Below are positions 39,102-48,677 of a stretch of DNA of 64,000 nt, in pieces. The notes beneath the pieces were generated by a model. The model worked only from the letters and a program-made list of their open reading frames with translations, was not told where the DNA came from and did not search any database. A program made the translations under genes and the position numbers. The DNA is from Pelagibacteraceae bacterium (lineage in GTDB: Bacteria; Pseudomonadota; Alphaproteobacteria; GCA-002720895). Every line of letters begins with the position of its first letter. Positions within the stretch are counted from its first letter, which is position 1. The stretch is taken from the NCBI GenBank assembly GCA_002717245.1, contig PBCY01000019.1:19970-83969 (forward strand). Reading direction: 5' to 3'.

Positions 39102-39844
39102 GAAAAGAATTTAACTTTTAAAATTACCACTAATGCCCTAATACCATCTATCCAGGATATTTTTTTTCCTTCTTCAAAAGTTCTGCCTTGGTAAACAATA
39201 TCTATTTCTTTGAATCTCCATTTCTTATTTTTTAATATTTTAGATGTAAATTCAAAATCAAAATTAAAATCTTTTGAGTAGAATGATAAATTTTTAATGA
39301 CTTTTTTACTAAACATTTTATAACAAACAGCTGTATCTGAAACTTTAACTTTAAATAAAATACTTACTAGTGAAGATAATATATAATTTCCTATTGCAAA
39401 AAAAAGATAATGATATTTATTTTTTTTTGATGAAAATCTATTTCCATAAACTATATCTGCATTATTATTTTTAATTATATTAAACATTTTGTTTAAATCT
39501 CTTGGCATATATTCTAAATCCGAATCTTGAATCACTATAACATTATTACTAATATTCTTTAATCCAATAATTACCGCAGAACCTTTTCCTTCGTTTCTAT
39601 TTTTTAAAATAATCTTTAAATTTTTTTTCTTTTTTTTTGAAAAACATAATTTATTCTTTTTTATACTTATAAAATTAAATTTACTATTTATTTTTTGTAA
39701 CCAATCTTTTGTGCCATCATTAGAGGAATCATCAACTATTATAATTTCTTTATTAATTTTTTTTGTATCTCTAACGAGCTTAAAAAGAATTTTTGGTAAT
39801 AATTTTATTTCGTTAAAAACTGGAATTATTATTGATAAATGCAT
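39098..39844 (-). CDS. family 2 glycosyltransferase, polyprenyl-phosphate sugar synthase (DPM1/ArnC-like)
   Basis: 248 aa with SIIIPVFNE, IIIVDDSSNDGT, NEGKGSAVIIGL and VIQDSDLEY (DxD), the GT2 polyprenol-phosphate glycosyltransferase motifs. Confidence 0.85.
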   Translation of the reverse strand: MHLSIIIPVFNEIKLLPKILFKLVRDTKKINKEIIIVDDSSNDGTKDWLQKINSKFNFISIKKNKLCFSKKKKKNLKIILKNRNEGKGSAVIIGLKNISNNVIVIQDSDLEYMPRDLNKMFNIIKNNNADIVYGNRFSSKKNKYHYLFFAIGNYILSSLVSILFKVKVSDTAVCYKMFSKKVIKNLSFYSKDFNFDFEFTSKILKNKKWRFKEIDIVYQGRTFEEGKKISWIDGIRALVVILKVKFFS

Positions 39845-39879
39845 GATACAAAAGTTTATTAATTTGGAAAAAATTTTTA

Positions 39880-39954
39880 TGGTGACCCCTACGGGACTCG
39901 AACCCGTGTTGCAAGAATGAAAATCTTGAGTCCTAACCGCTAGACGAAGGGGTC
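39880..39954 (-). tRNA. tRNA-Glu (anticodon UUC)
   Basis: Reverse complement: GACCCCT TC GTCT AGCGGTTA GGAC T CAAGA TTTTCAT TCTTG CAAC ACGGG TTCGAGT CCCGT AGGGGTC A CCA. Confidence 0.93.
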
Positions 39955-40003
39955 AAAATTCCTTAAATTATAATTTTTTAATCTATTTTATAAATTTAAT
40001 CAA

Positions 40004-41806
40004 CTATATAATAACTTTTTCTAAAACTCCATCCTCAATAATCAACTCGAAATATATTTTATTCTTCCAGTTAGACTGTTTGACAAAAGTAATAAATGAA
40101 AATAAATTTTTTTTATAATTGCTAAGAATGGTTTTTCCTAAATCGTTATCTAAACCATTAAAAATAATAGCTTTTATAGTTTTATTTGTACTGTCTTTAA
40201 CCAAGAAAGATAAATGTTTTTTTGTTTCACCTACACATTTTGGTTTTATAATTCTAACATTACTAATTAAAAATTTCGGTTTAGAATTTGATACTCCATA
40301 AGGGCTAATCGCATCTATCGCCTCTATTAATTCATCATTAATTCCTTTAATTGATATAGCTTCGTCATAATATAAATTATCATTCTTTTTTAACTTAGTT
40401 TTTTGTTCTTTTACATAATTTTCAAAAAAATCAGCAAATAAATTTAAATTTTCTTTTTTTATTGATAAACCAGAAGCCATTTGATGGCCTCCGCCATTAA
40501 TAATAATATTTTCTTTTTTTGCTTTTAAAACTAACAAACCAATATCAATGCCCGTTATTGATCTACCTGATCCTTTATATATATCTTTATTTGAAGTCAA
40601 TATTATTGACGGTTTATTAAATTTATCTTTTAATCTACTTGCAACTATCCCAATAACTCCCTCATGCCAATTATCTTTATAGATAAATATAGAATTCTGA
40701 TTAAATTTTTTTTCTTCAAAAATCTTTTTTAAAGACTCTTCGTAAACCTTATCCTCAATTAATTTGCGTTGGTAATTTAATGTATTTAATTGTTTAACAA
40801 TAATGCTTAACTTATCTTCATCATTTGATAACAATAAATCTTCGCCTATATCTGGCTTACCAACACGGCCTCCAGAATTTATTCTAGGACCAAAAAAGAA
40901 ACCTAGGTCTTCTTCATTAGGTTTCTTATTAAGTTGACTGTCATCTGATAAAATTTTTAAACCTATATTTGATCTTTTCGCAAAAATTTTTAATCCTTGA
41001 TAAACAAATGCTCTGTTTAAATCAATTAACGGAACTACGTCACAAACAGTTCCAAGAGCGACTAAATCTAAAAAAGATTTTACTTCAGGTAAGTCTTTTT
41101 TATATACATTATCTTTTTTTAATAATGTTTGAACATAATGTAATACAACAAATAATAATCCTACTGAACAAAGAAAATTATAACCCGAGGTGTCATAAAT
41201 AGTATTTGGATTTATTAATATGACCTCATTTAAATGCTTCTCATTTGATTTATGATGATCAATTATAATTAAATCAATTTTATAATTTCTAATATAAGAA
41301 ATTATTTCATGTGAGTTTGTTCCACAATCTAACATAATCAACAAATTAGGGTCTTTTGATTTAATTTTATCAATAGCATTTTTGTTTGGGCCGTATCCTT
41401 CCTTAATTCTATCTGGTATATAAGAAAAAACATCTACTCCAAAAAGTTTTAAATATTTTTTTAATAACACTATAGAAGTCAACCCGTCAACATCGTAATC
41501 TCCTAAAATTGCAACTTTTTCTTTATTTTTAATAACTTTTATAAGTCTTTCAGCAGCTTTATCCATATCATTAAAAATTAAAGGGTCCGGAAAAAAATCT
41601 TCTATATTTGGTTTCAAAAAATTTTTTATTTTGTCAATATCAATTGATCTTGTAGATAATAATGATGAAATAATATTTGATAGAGAATATTTCTGAGATA
41701 TAGCTAAGGCTAATCTAGAGTTGATTTCTTTTTTTACCCAATTTTTTTTTAATAAAGAGAATTTATTAAAATTTTCTGATATATTTTTTTTATATTCTAA
41801 ATTCAC
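40004..41806 (-). CDS. recJ: single-stranded-DNA-specific exonuclease RecJ
   Basis: 600 aa with DHH motifs (ILGDYDVDGLTS, DCGT, IIIDHH), DHHA1 (GGGHQMASG) and a C-terminal OB-like domain. GTG start at 41806. Confidence 0.93.
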   Translation of the reverse strand: MNLEYKKNISENFNKFSLLKKNWVKKEINSRLALAISQKYSLSNIISSLLSTRSIDIDKIKNFLKPNIEDFFPDPLIFNDMDKAAERLIKVIKNKEKVAILGDYDVDGLTSIVLLKKYLKLFGVDVFSYIPDRIKEGYGPNKNAIDKIKSKDPNLLIMLDCGTNSHEIISYIRNYKIDLIIIDHHKSNEKHLNEVILINPNTIYDTSGYNFLCSVGLLFVVLHYVQTLLKKDNVYKKDLPEVKSFLDLVALGTVCDVVPLIDLNRAFVYQGLKIFAKRSNIGLKILSDDSQLNKKPNEEDLGFFFGPRINSGGRVGKPDIGEDLLLSNDEDKLSIIVKQLNTLNYQRKLIEDKVYEESLKKIFEEKKFNQNSIFIYKDNWHEGVIGIVASRLKDKFNKPSIILTSNKDIYKGSGRSITGIDIGLLVLKAKKENIIINGGGHQMASGLSIKKENLNLFADFFENYVKEQKTKLKKNDNLYYDEAISIKGINDELIEAIDAISPYGVSNSKPKFLISNVRIIKPKCVGETKKHLSFLVKDSTNKTIKAIIFNGLDNDLGKTILSNYKKNLFSFITFVKQSNWKNKIYFELIIEDGVLEKVII

Positions 41807-42744
41807 TTTTTTTAAATTCTATTTTTTTATTTTTTGTTGAAATAATTAAAGAATGTGTAATAAAAATATTTCCTTTCTTTTTTATTCCATTTAATAAATA
41901 CCCATTAGTTACTCCAGTAGCTGAAAATAAAGAATCTTTTTTAATTAAATCTTTTATATTATATTTTTTTTTTTAAATCTTTTATTCCCATACTTTTTGC
42001 TCTTGTTTTTTGTTTATTATCATTAAATATTAATCTTCCTTGCATTTGGCCTCCTAAACATTTTAAAGCAGCGGCGGCTAATACGCCCTCAGGAGCACCT
42101 CCAATTCCTACATAAATATCAATTTTAAATTTTTTAATTGCAGTAGCTATTGCACCAAATATATCACCATCTGGAATCAAAAACTTTTTACATTTATATT
42201 TATCAACAATATTTGAAATTTTGGAATGCCGAGGTCTGTCTAAAAAACAAACTACTAAATCATTAATCTTTTTTTTTTTATAAAAAGCTAAATTATTAAG
42301 AGTTTCTTCAAGTGGTATATCAAGATCTAAAAAATTTTTAGGTAGCCCCTTACCAACAGCAATTTTTTCCATATAAACATCTGGTGCGTTTAGAAAACTA
42401 CCTTTATTACCTAAGGAAATAACAGTTAATGCGTTTTTTTCATTATTTGCGGTTATTTTTGTTCCCTCTAAAGGGTCTAAAGCTATATCAAAATTTAAAC
42501 CGCTTTTACCGTTTCCAACTTTTTCACCGATATAAAGCATTGGTGCCTTATCTCTTTCACCTTCGCCAATTACAATGGTTCCTGAAAAATCTAATTTGTT
42601 TAACTCTGTTCTCATTGCTTCAACAGCTGCTTTATCTGCTGCGTTTTCATCCTTTTTTCCAATAAAATCATAGACTGCTATAGCGGCTAACTCTGAGACT
42701 TTCAATATCTTTGAATTGTAATGAAATAAATTTTTTTTATTCAC
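41790..42744 (-). pseudogene. glpX: class II fructose-1,6-bisphosphatase GlpX, interrupted by a frameshift in an 11-nt homopolymer
   Basis: The ORF 41959-42744 (261 aa, ...VIGEGERDKAPMLYIGEKVG...DPLEGT...GIGGAPEGV...) stops at KDLKKKI*. The conserved C-terminus (KDLIKKDSLFSATGVTNGYLLNGIKKKGNIFITHSLIISTKNKKIEF...) continues in another frame through 41958-41790. The frames switch in the T11 run at 41964-41974. Confidence 0.85.
41964..41974. repeat. T11 (A11 in the mRNA) homopolymer at the glpX frameshift
   Basis: Counted directly: 11 consecutive T on the plus strand. One fewer (10) or two more (13) would restore the glpX frame. Confidence 0.9.
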
Positions 42745-42767
42745 ATAAAAGATTTTACATAATTATT

Positions 42768-44060
42768 TTATACATGTAAAACCTGCATAATTATCGCTTT
42801 TTCTTTTATATATGAACAATTGTTTAATTTTACTGTAGCTGTATCCATTATTTTTTTTTTACATTTATGAGTCAGTATTACAACATTAAATAATTTTTTA
42901 TTTGACTGTTCTTGAAATAAAGATTTTATAGAAATCTTAAAATTTTTTAAAATTGTTGTTATTGCTGCTATTGCTCCTGGCTTATCATAAACTTTAGCTC
43001 TTAAAAAAAATAAACTTTCTCCTAGTGAATCATTAGAGATATTTGTTTTTTTTAAATCTTTACAAGAAACTCCGTACATAAAATTTTTATAATTTTCAAA
43101 AGATAAGTTAGTAATATCTGCTAAAACTGACATTGATGTTGGGTCTCCTCCAGCTCCTTCACCAATCAAAATAGTTTTATTATTTTTGTTAGCTTCAATA
43201 ATAACTGAATTTAAATTATGATTGACATTAGAAAGTTCCTTTTTTTTTGAAATTAAATATGGAGCAACATTAATTCTTATTTTTTTTTTATCTATAGAAC
43301 CTATACCCAAAAGTTTTATTCTAAAACCTAATTTATCAGCAAAAAAGATGTCTGCTTTTGTAAGATAATTTATTCCAGAATAATTTATGTCTTTAAGATT
43401 AATTTTTTTATTAAAAGCTATTGTAGATAAAATTAAAATTTTATGTAAAGTGTCTAATCCATTTAAATCATCATTTGAATTTTGTTCTGCATAGCCCAAT
43501 CTTTTTGCTTCATCTAATGATTTACTAAATTCATTCTTTTTTTCATACATATTTGTCAAAATGAAATTAGAAGTACCATTTAATATGCCTGTTATTTTAT
43601 TTATCTTTATTCCTTTAAAACTTTTTTTTAGTGTTGAAATTATAGGTATTCCTCCTGCAACTGATGCTTCAAAACCTATACTAACTCCATTTTCTTCAGC
43701 TAATCTAGCTAAATTATATCCTTGATGAGCTATTAAAGCTTTATTTGCAGTTACAAGATTTTTTTTATTTTTTATTGCTTGAAAACAAATATCTTTTGCA
43801 ATCCCTTTTTCTCCTCCAATTAATTCGACTACAGTATCGACATTATTTTGCTTTATCATTTTTAATGGATTATCAAACCAAGCATATTTATTTTTATTGA
43901 AGTTTCTTTTTTTTGATTTATTTTTTGCAAAAATACCAACAATATTTATTTTTAAGCCTAGCTTTGATAAAAAAATTTTTTTATTTGTTTCAATTAATTT
44001 AATTGTTGATGAACCAACAGTTCCTAAACCAGCAATAACTATATTAATGTTTTGTAACAT
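42768..44060 (-). CDS. hom: homoserine dehydrogenase
   Basis: 430 aa with the N-terminal Rossmann motif VIAGLGTVGSS, the catalytic-domain motif GILNGTSNFILT, and a C-terminal ACT domain. Confidence 0.93.
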   Translation of the reverse strand: MLQNINIVIAGLGTVGSSTIKLIETNKKIFLSKLGLKINIVGIFAKNKSKKRNFNKNKYAWFDNPLKMIKQNNVDTVVELIGGEKGIAKDICFQAIKNKKNLVTANKALIAHQGYNLARLAEENGVSIGFEASVAGGIPIISTLKKSFKGIKINKITGILNGTSNFILTNMYEKKNEFSKSLDEAKRLGYAEQNSNDDLNGLDTLHKILILSTIAFNKKINLKDINYSGINYLTKADIFFADKLGFRIKLLGIGSIDKKKIRINVAPYLISKKKELSNVNHNLNSVIIEANKNNKTILIGEGAGGDPTSMSVLADITNLSFENYKNFMYGVSCKDLKKTNISNDSLGESLFFLRAKVYDKPGAIAAITTILKNFKISIKSLFQEQSNKKLFNVVILTHKCKKKIMDTATVKLNNCSYIKEKAIIMQVLHV

Positions 44061-44071
44061 TAAAATGAAAT

Positions 44072-45271
44072 TTAATATTGAATAAAGATTTCTGCTCTTC
44101 TATTAGCAGCTTCTAAACTCGGCATAATTTCGGCATACAAAGGACTTGCGTCAGACATGGCAACTAGTTCTATATTAGTAGAATTAAAACCAATAGTAGA
44201 AAACTCTTTCATTACGCGTCTAGCTCTTTCAAGAGATATGTTGAAGTTTACTAACGCATGTTTAGTCAAATCCATATCATAGTTAGTTCGGCTGCTTGCA
44301 TGCCCAACTATAACTATTTTCTTTCCTTCATTTTTATAAAATAACTCAGCTACGCTTTTAATTTTAGATAAATCATTGTTTGATAATTGCGTTGATCCAT
44401 GATTAAAAGTTACTCTAGCAACTGGAATTTCTCTTTCATCAATTCTTTTCTTTACAATTGTAGTTTCAGCAACTTTTTCTTTTTCAGCAATAGCAGGTTC
44501 TTCGATTTTTTCTTTTTCTATAAAAAAAGTTTCAGCTACCATTTCTTTTTTTGCTTCTTTTTTTTGTAAAGAATTATCAGATCTTTGAAAACCCAAAATT
44601 TTATCAATGTCCTGTGGGGTATAATATAAATCATTTTTTTTTATTTTTTCCTCAACTTCTTTAACTTTTTCAATATTATCTAAATTCTTTAATTGTCTTG
44701 CTAGATCATGTAGTTCTTGCTCTTGTTCTGTTACATTTTGTTGACTTGAATTAGATAGATCAGGTTTAAAATTTGATATTTCTTCTAATTTTGACATTTG
44801 TATACTTCTTATAGAATTATTTGTATCTTCATTGGAAATATTCTTTTTTGATACTTTTTTATTAACTTTAATATCAACATTATTAAATTTTGTATCTAAA
44901 TTAGATAGATCTGTTTCTAATATTGGCTCAGAAGGTACGGCTTCTAATTGTGTATTATTTTCCAAACTTTTGATAATTTTTTCTTGTTCATCTATTGAAA
45001 TTGGGGTATCTGGCCTGCTCGGAACATCTGCTAAATTCGGATAATCAGTTTCTTGATTATCAAAATCACCTCTTAAACCTTCCTCAATTCTAACAACTTC
45101 TTTATTTTCATTATCATCTTCAATGTAAACTTTTTCCATTACAATTTCTTGTTCTTGTTCATTTGATTTATCATTCGTTTTATCAGATTTCGATATAAAT
45201 TTATCGTTAACATAAGAACAATTAGCAAATAAAAAAATTGAACTTAAAATTAATATTTTTATAGGTTTCAT
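44072..45271 (-). CDS. OmpA-family (peptidoglycan-binding) lipoprotein with a long acidic low-complexity linker
   Basis: 399 aa with an N-terminal signal and Cys (SSIFLFANCS), about 270 aa of E/K/D/N-rich region, and a C-terminal OmpA-like domain (VIVGHASSRT...NISLERARRVMKEF...NRRAEIFIQY). Confidence 0.75.
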   Translation of the reverse strand: MKPIKILILSSIFLFANCSYVNDKFISKSDKTNDKSNEQEQEIVMEKVYIEDDNENKEVVRIEEGLRGDFDNQETDYPNLADVPSRPDTPISIDEQEKIIKSLENNTQLEAVPSEPILETDLSNLDTKFNNVDIKVNKKVSKKNISNEDTNNSIRSIQMSKLEEISNFKPDLSNSSQQNVTEQEQELHDLARQLKNLDNIEKVKEVEEKIKKNDLYYTPQDIDKILGFQRSDNSLQKKEAKKEMVAETFFIEKEKIEEPAIAEKEKVAETTIVKKRIDEREIPVARVTFNHGSTQLSNNDLSKIKSVAELFYKNEGKKIVIVGHASSRTNYDMDLTKHALVNFNISLERARRVMKEFSTIGFNSTNIELVAMSDASPLYAEIMPSLEAANRRAEIFIQY

Positions 45272-45282
45272 AGGAATTATAG

Positions 45283-45807
45283 TTAATAATTTTTATCAGA
45301 TTTTGCAAGATATTCTTGAGATAATTTATAATATCTATTAGCAGATAACTTTAGAAAAGTTATTTCTTTTTTAGTTAACATTCTTAAAAATTTTGCTGGT
45401 TTCCCTGCCCACAATTCTCCAGTTTTTATAACTTTACCTTGTGTTAATAATGACCCAGCAGCTAACATTGAGCTGTTTTCTAATTTTGCTCCATCTAAAA
45501 TTGTTGAAGACATTCCAACAAGTGCGTTATTGCCTACTTTACAATCATGTATAACACAATTATGTCCAATTGTAGTATTTGAGCCTATTTGGGTACCAAA
45601 ACCTCTAGTAGTACAATGTATCATTGTTAAGTCTTGTATATTTGTATTAGATCCAATTCTTATTTTTTCTACATCTCCTCTTATGACAACGTTAAACCAT
45701 ATATTTGATTTAGATTTAATTATCACATCCCCAATAATATACACGCCTGGTGCGATAAAAACATTCTTTGAAACCTTCGGAAATTTACTTTTGTATTTTA
45801 ATAACAT
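45283..45807 (-). CDS. gamma-class carbonic anhydrase-family / hexapeptide-repeat protein (YrdA/PaaY-like)
   Basis: 174 aa with left-handed beta-helix hexapeptide repeats (VIRGDVEKIRIGSNTNIQD..., IGHNCVIHDCKVGNNALVGMSS). Confidence 0.85.
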   Translation of the reverse strand: MLLKYKSKFPKVSKNVFIAPGVYIIGDVIIKSKSNIWFNVVIRGDVEKIRIGSNTNIQDLTMIHCTTRGFGTQIGSNTTIGHNCVIHDCKVGNNALVGMSSTILDGAKLENSSMLAAGSLLTQGKVIKTGELWAGKPAKFLRMLTKKEITFLKLSANRYYKLSQEYLAKSDKNY

Positions 45808-45867
45808 AAATTACTTTATTAATAAATTAATTTAAGTATATAAGTTAAATTATTGATTATATTGATT

Positions 45868-46878
45868 CTATGGAAAAATAGGATTAAAAATTAAACCCTC
45901 ATTTTCACTAAAACCATATTTTAAGTTCATATTTTGAATTGCTTGCCCAGCAGCTCCTTTAACTAAATTATCTATAACAGAAATTATAATAATTCTATCT
46001 CTAATTCTATCTTTAAAGACATTAAAAAAACAATAATTAGTTCCCACAACATCGTTTATACTTGGGACTTGATTCAATTTAAGAATTTTTAAAAAATTAT
46101 AATTACTATTATCAAATAACTTTCTTATGCTATTTAAATTTCTTCCCTTATTTAATTTTACATAAATATTTGAAAGTATTCCTCTATTTATTGGAATTAC
46201 TTGAGGAGTAAAACTAATATTAATCTTCTTTTTACAAAATTTTGATAAACATGCTTCAATTTCACTAATATGCTTATGATTTGCTATTTTATAAGGTCTG
46301 ACAGTATTGTTTATTTCGCTAAACAAATTATCAGATACAATTTTCTTTCCTGCGCCTGATATGCCGGACTTTGAATCTATAATTATGTCATCAGATTGAA
46401 TAATTTTTTTTTTCAACAAAGGTATTAAAGGTGAAAGCACAGAAGTTGCATAACACCCTGGGTTAGAAACATTTATTTCTGAATTTTTTTCATCTTTATA
46501 ATCGATAAAATCTTCTAAATGGTCAGCTATACCATATACCCACTTAGATTTAGAAAAAGATTTAATTCTAAAATCATTTGATAAGTCGATTATAAAAATA
46601 TTTTTTGGTATTTTTTTTAATATTTTTTTACTTTCACCACTTGGCAAGCATAAAAATAAAACATCAATATCATTCCATTTTACCTGTGAGAATTTAACTA
46701 AATTTGGATAATTTTTTGGATTTAATCCAGGGTAATAATCAGAGATTTTTTTTCCATAATTATTTTTTGATATTAAATACTTAATTTCAACTTTTTTATG
46801 AAAATTCAATAATCTTATTAATTCAATGCCGGTATAACCAGTTGAACCAATAATTGCTGCATTTAGTCTAAATTTCAT
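45868..46878 (-). CDS. argC: N-acetyl-gamma-glutamyl-phosphate reductase
   Basis: 336 aa with N-terminal IIGSTGYTGIELIRLL, the active-site motif NPGCYATS and C-terminal DNLVKGAAGQAIQNMNL. Confidence 0.93.
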   Translation of the reverse strand: MKFRLNAAIIGSTGYTGIELIRLLNFHKKVEIKYLISKNNYGKKISDYYPGLNPKNYPNLVKFSQVKWNDIDVLFLCLPSGESKKILKKIPKNIFIIDLSNDFRIKSFSKSKWVYGIADHLEDFIDYKDEKNSEINVSNPGCYATSVLSPLIPLLKKKIIQSDDIIIDSKSGISGAGKKIVSDNLFSEINNTVRPYKIANHKHISEIEACLSKFCKKKINISFTPQVIPINRGILSNIYVKLNKGRNLNSIRKLFDNSNYNFLKILKLNQVPSINDVVGTNYCFFNVFKDRIRDRIIIISVIDNLVKGAAGQAIQNMNLKYGFSENEGLIFNPIFP

Positions 46879-46946
46879 TTAAATATCCTATTAATATAAA
46901 ATATACTGAGATATAAGCTTATTTTAGAAAAATTTAAGGAATAATT

Positions 46947-47381
46947 TTAACGTTTAGAAAATTGGAAACTTCTTCTTGCTTTTCTTCTACCGTATTTTTT
47001 TCTTTCAACTACTCTGCTGTCTCTCGTAAGCAATCCTTTTTTCTTAAGATCAACTCTAAATTTTTGATCGAAATTAACCAATGCTTTAGATATAGCTAAT
47101 TTAATAGCATTTGCCTGTCCAGATAAACCTCCGCCTTTAACAGATACTATTACATTAAAATTATTATTATTTATTATTTCAAAAGGTTTTTTAATTAACA
47201 TATGAAGTAATGATCTTGAAAAGTATTCATTAATTGGTTTTTTATTAATTTTTATTTGTCCTTTACCATTTGGAACTAACCAAACTCTAGCAACAGAATT
47301 TTTTCTTTTACCTGTGGCATATAGGTTGTTTTTTGGTTTTTCTTCAGACTTTTTTTCTACTTCTTGATTAATTTCAGCCAT
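46947..47381 (-). CDS. rpsI: 30S ribosomal protein S9
   Basis: 144 aa with [33 protein letters not shown] and C-terminal [18 protein letters not shown]. Confidence 0.97.
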   Translation of the reverse strand: MAEINQEVEKKSEEKPKNNLYATGKRKNSVARVWLVPNGKGQIKINKKPINEYFSRSLLHMLIKKPFEIINNNNFNVIVSVKGGGLSGQANAIKLAISKALVNFDQKFRVDLKKKGLLTRDSRVVERKKYGRRKARRSFQFSKR

Positions 47382-47383
47382 TT

Positions 47384-47830
47384 TTAATTATTAAATTCTA
47401 AAATAGAAGGATTGTTTGCTTCATGAGGATGTTTATCATTTGAATAAATATAAAGATTTTTTAATTGCTGCCTTGATAAAGTGTTACTTTTTAACATTCT
47501 TCTAACAGCGTTCTTTAAAACAGAAGTTGAGTTTTTACTATTCAAAATTTCTTTAAAGGTTTTATTTTTTATACCTCCTGGGTATCCTGTATGCCAATAT
47601 TTTTTTTTATGTATTTTTTTTCCTGTAAGAACAACTTTTTGTGCATTAATTACAATTATTTTATCTTTTAAACACGTATTATCAGAATAAGATACTTTAT
47701 GTTTACCCATTAATCTTGTTGCTAAAAAAGATGATAATCTACCTAATATTTGATCTTTAGCATCAACTAAATACCAGTTTACAGGTTCCTTTTTAATATC
47801 TTTATTATTATTACTATCTTTATTAATCAT
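47384..47830 (-). CDS. rplM: 50S ribosomal protein L13
   Basis: [28 protein letters not shown] is the L13 signature. I prefer ATG at 47830 (MINKDS...). The ORF-track start at 47878 is a TTG that overlaps a TTGACA box. Confidence 0.93.
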   Translation of the reverse strand: MINKDSNNNKDIKKEPVNWYLVDAKDQILGRLSSFLATRLMGKHKVSYSDNTCLKDKIIVINAQKVVLTGKKIHKKKYWHTGYPGGIKNKTFKEILNSKNSTSVLKNAVRRMLKSNTLSRQQLKNLYIYSNDKHPHEANNPSILEFNN

Positions 47831-47843
47831 TTTAATTTTGAGG

Positions 47844-47871
47844 AGTATGACATAATTAATTTTTCTGTCAA
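47844..47871 (-). promoter_or_regulatory. candidate sigma70-type promoter for rplM-rpsI
   Basis: On the minus strand: TTGACA (47871-47866), a 16-nt spacer ending in TGT, then CATACT (47849-47844), i.e. an extended -10-like TGnCATACT about 14 nt upstream of the ATG at 47830. Promoter-like hexamers are common by chance in AT-rich DNA. Confidence 0.3.
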
Positions 47872-47906
47872 TTATCAAATATTACTAATTATTAAATATA
47901 TTATAA

Positions 47907-48212
47907 TTATGAATTTACCCAATTTAAAAATTTTTTATTAACTTTTTTTATTGGAAAAGAAATAATTGCAGGACATTCATAAGGATGCGTTTTTTCTAAA
48001 AAAGATATCAATTTTTTAACTTTTAAATTAGTTGTTTTAAAACTTACTTCTACCTCTTTTTCATCACACAACTTATTTTTCCAAATATATAAAGAATTTA
48101 TATTTTGATTTATATTTACACAAACAGCTAATTCTTTTTTTAAAGCTAATTTTGATATTTTTTTTGCTATATTTATTTTCGAGTAGAATGAATAGACAAG
48201 AAAAATTGTCAT
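47907..48212 (-). CDS. cutA: divalent-cation tolerance protein CutA
   Basis: 101 aa with ACVNI...SLYIWKNKL...EVEVSFKT...HPYECPAIISFPI, the CutA1 pattern. Confidence 0.8.
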   Translation of the reverse strand: MTIFLVYSFYSKINIAKKISKLALKKELAVCVNINQNINSLYIWKNKLCDEKEVEVSFKTTNLKVKKLISFLEKTHPYECPAIISFPIKKVNKKFLNWVNS

Positions 48213-48213
48213 T

Positions 48214-48621
48214 TTAAAATGAATTTTTAATTTTTTTTAAATCAGATACAAACTCTTTTAAAATTTTTTTATACTCTGCATTTACTTTATTTAAATTATC
48301 TTTTTGCGTACTTTTATTGTTATTTTCACTTAAAACATTTTTCTTTTTTAAAATTGGGTCTTTGCTTCTTAAAATTTGATTTATTGTTTGATTTTTAAAA
48401 ATTTTTTGAACACCCTTAATACTTATACAATCATCATATAATAAACTTTTAATATAAATTATAAGTTCAACATCTGAGTCTCTATAATATCTTCTATTTC
48501 CAGATAATTTTAGAGGTTTTAATTGTTTAAATTTACTTTCCCAAAAACGCAATACATGTTGAGGTAATTTTAAATTTATTGAAACATCTTTGATAGTTTT
48601 AAATTTATTTATAGACTTCAA
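48214..48621 (-). CDS. MerR-family transcriptional regulator (ihfA-linked type)
   Basis: 135 aa. N-terminal HTH (TIKDVSINLKLPQHVLRFWESKFKQLKP...GNRRYYRDSDVELI) is typical of the MerR-like gene conserved downstream of ihfA in alphaproteobacteria. Confidence 0.8.
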   Translation of the reverse strand: MKSINKFKTIKDVSINLKLPQHVLRFWESKFKQLKPLKLSGNRRYYRDSDVELIIYIKSLLYDDCISIKGVQKIFKNQTINQILRSKDPILKKKNVLSENNNKSTQKDNLNKVNAEYKKILKEFVSDLKKIKNSF

Positions 48622-48677
48622 AATCTAACATCCTTTGTTAAATATCATACATAAATATATGATAATAGCAAATAATT

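Noticed and set aside
44400-45100. Possible tandem repeats in the acidic region of the OmpA-family gene
   Set aside because: There is only loose compositional reiteration (EKEK/AE-rich). I could not find an exact or near-exact nucleotide repeat unit.
45530-45835. 101-aa plus-strand ORF overlapping the gamma-carbonic-anhydrase-like gene
   Set aside because: It is the antisense shadow of a hexapeptide-repeat gene. The repetitive codon structure keeps the opposite frame open. There is no independent support.
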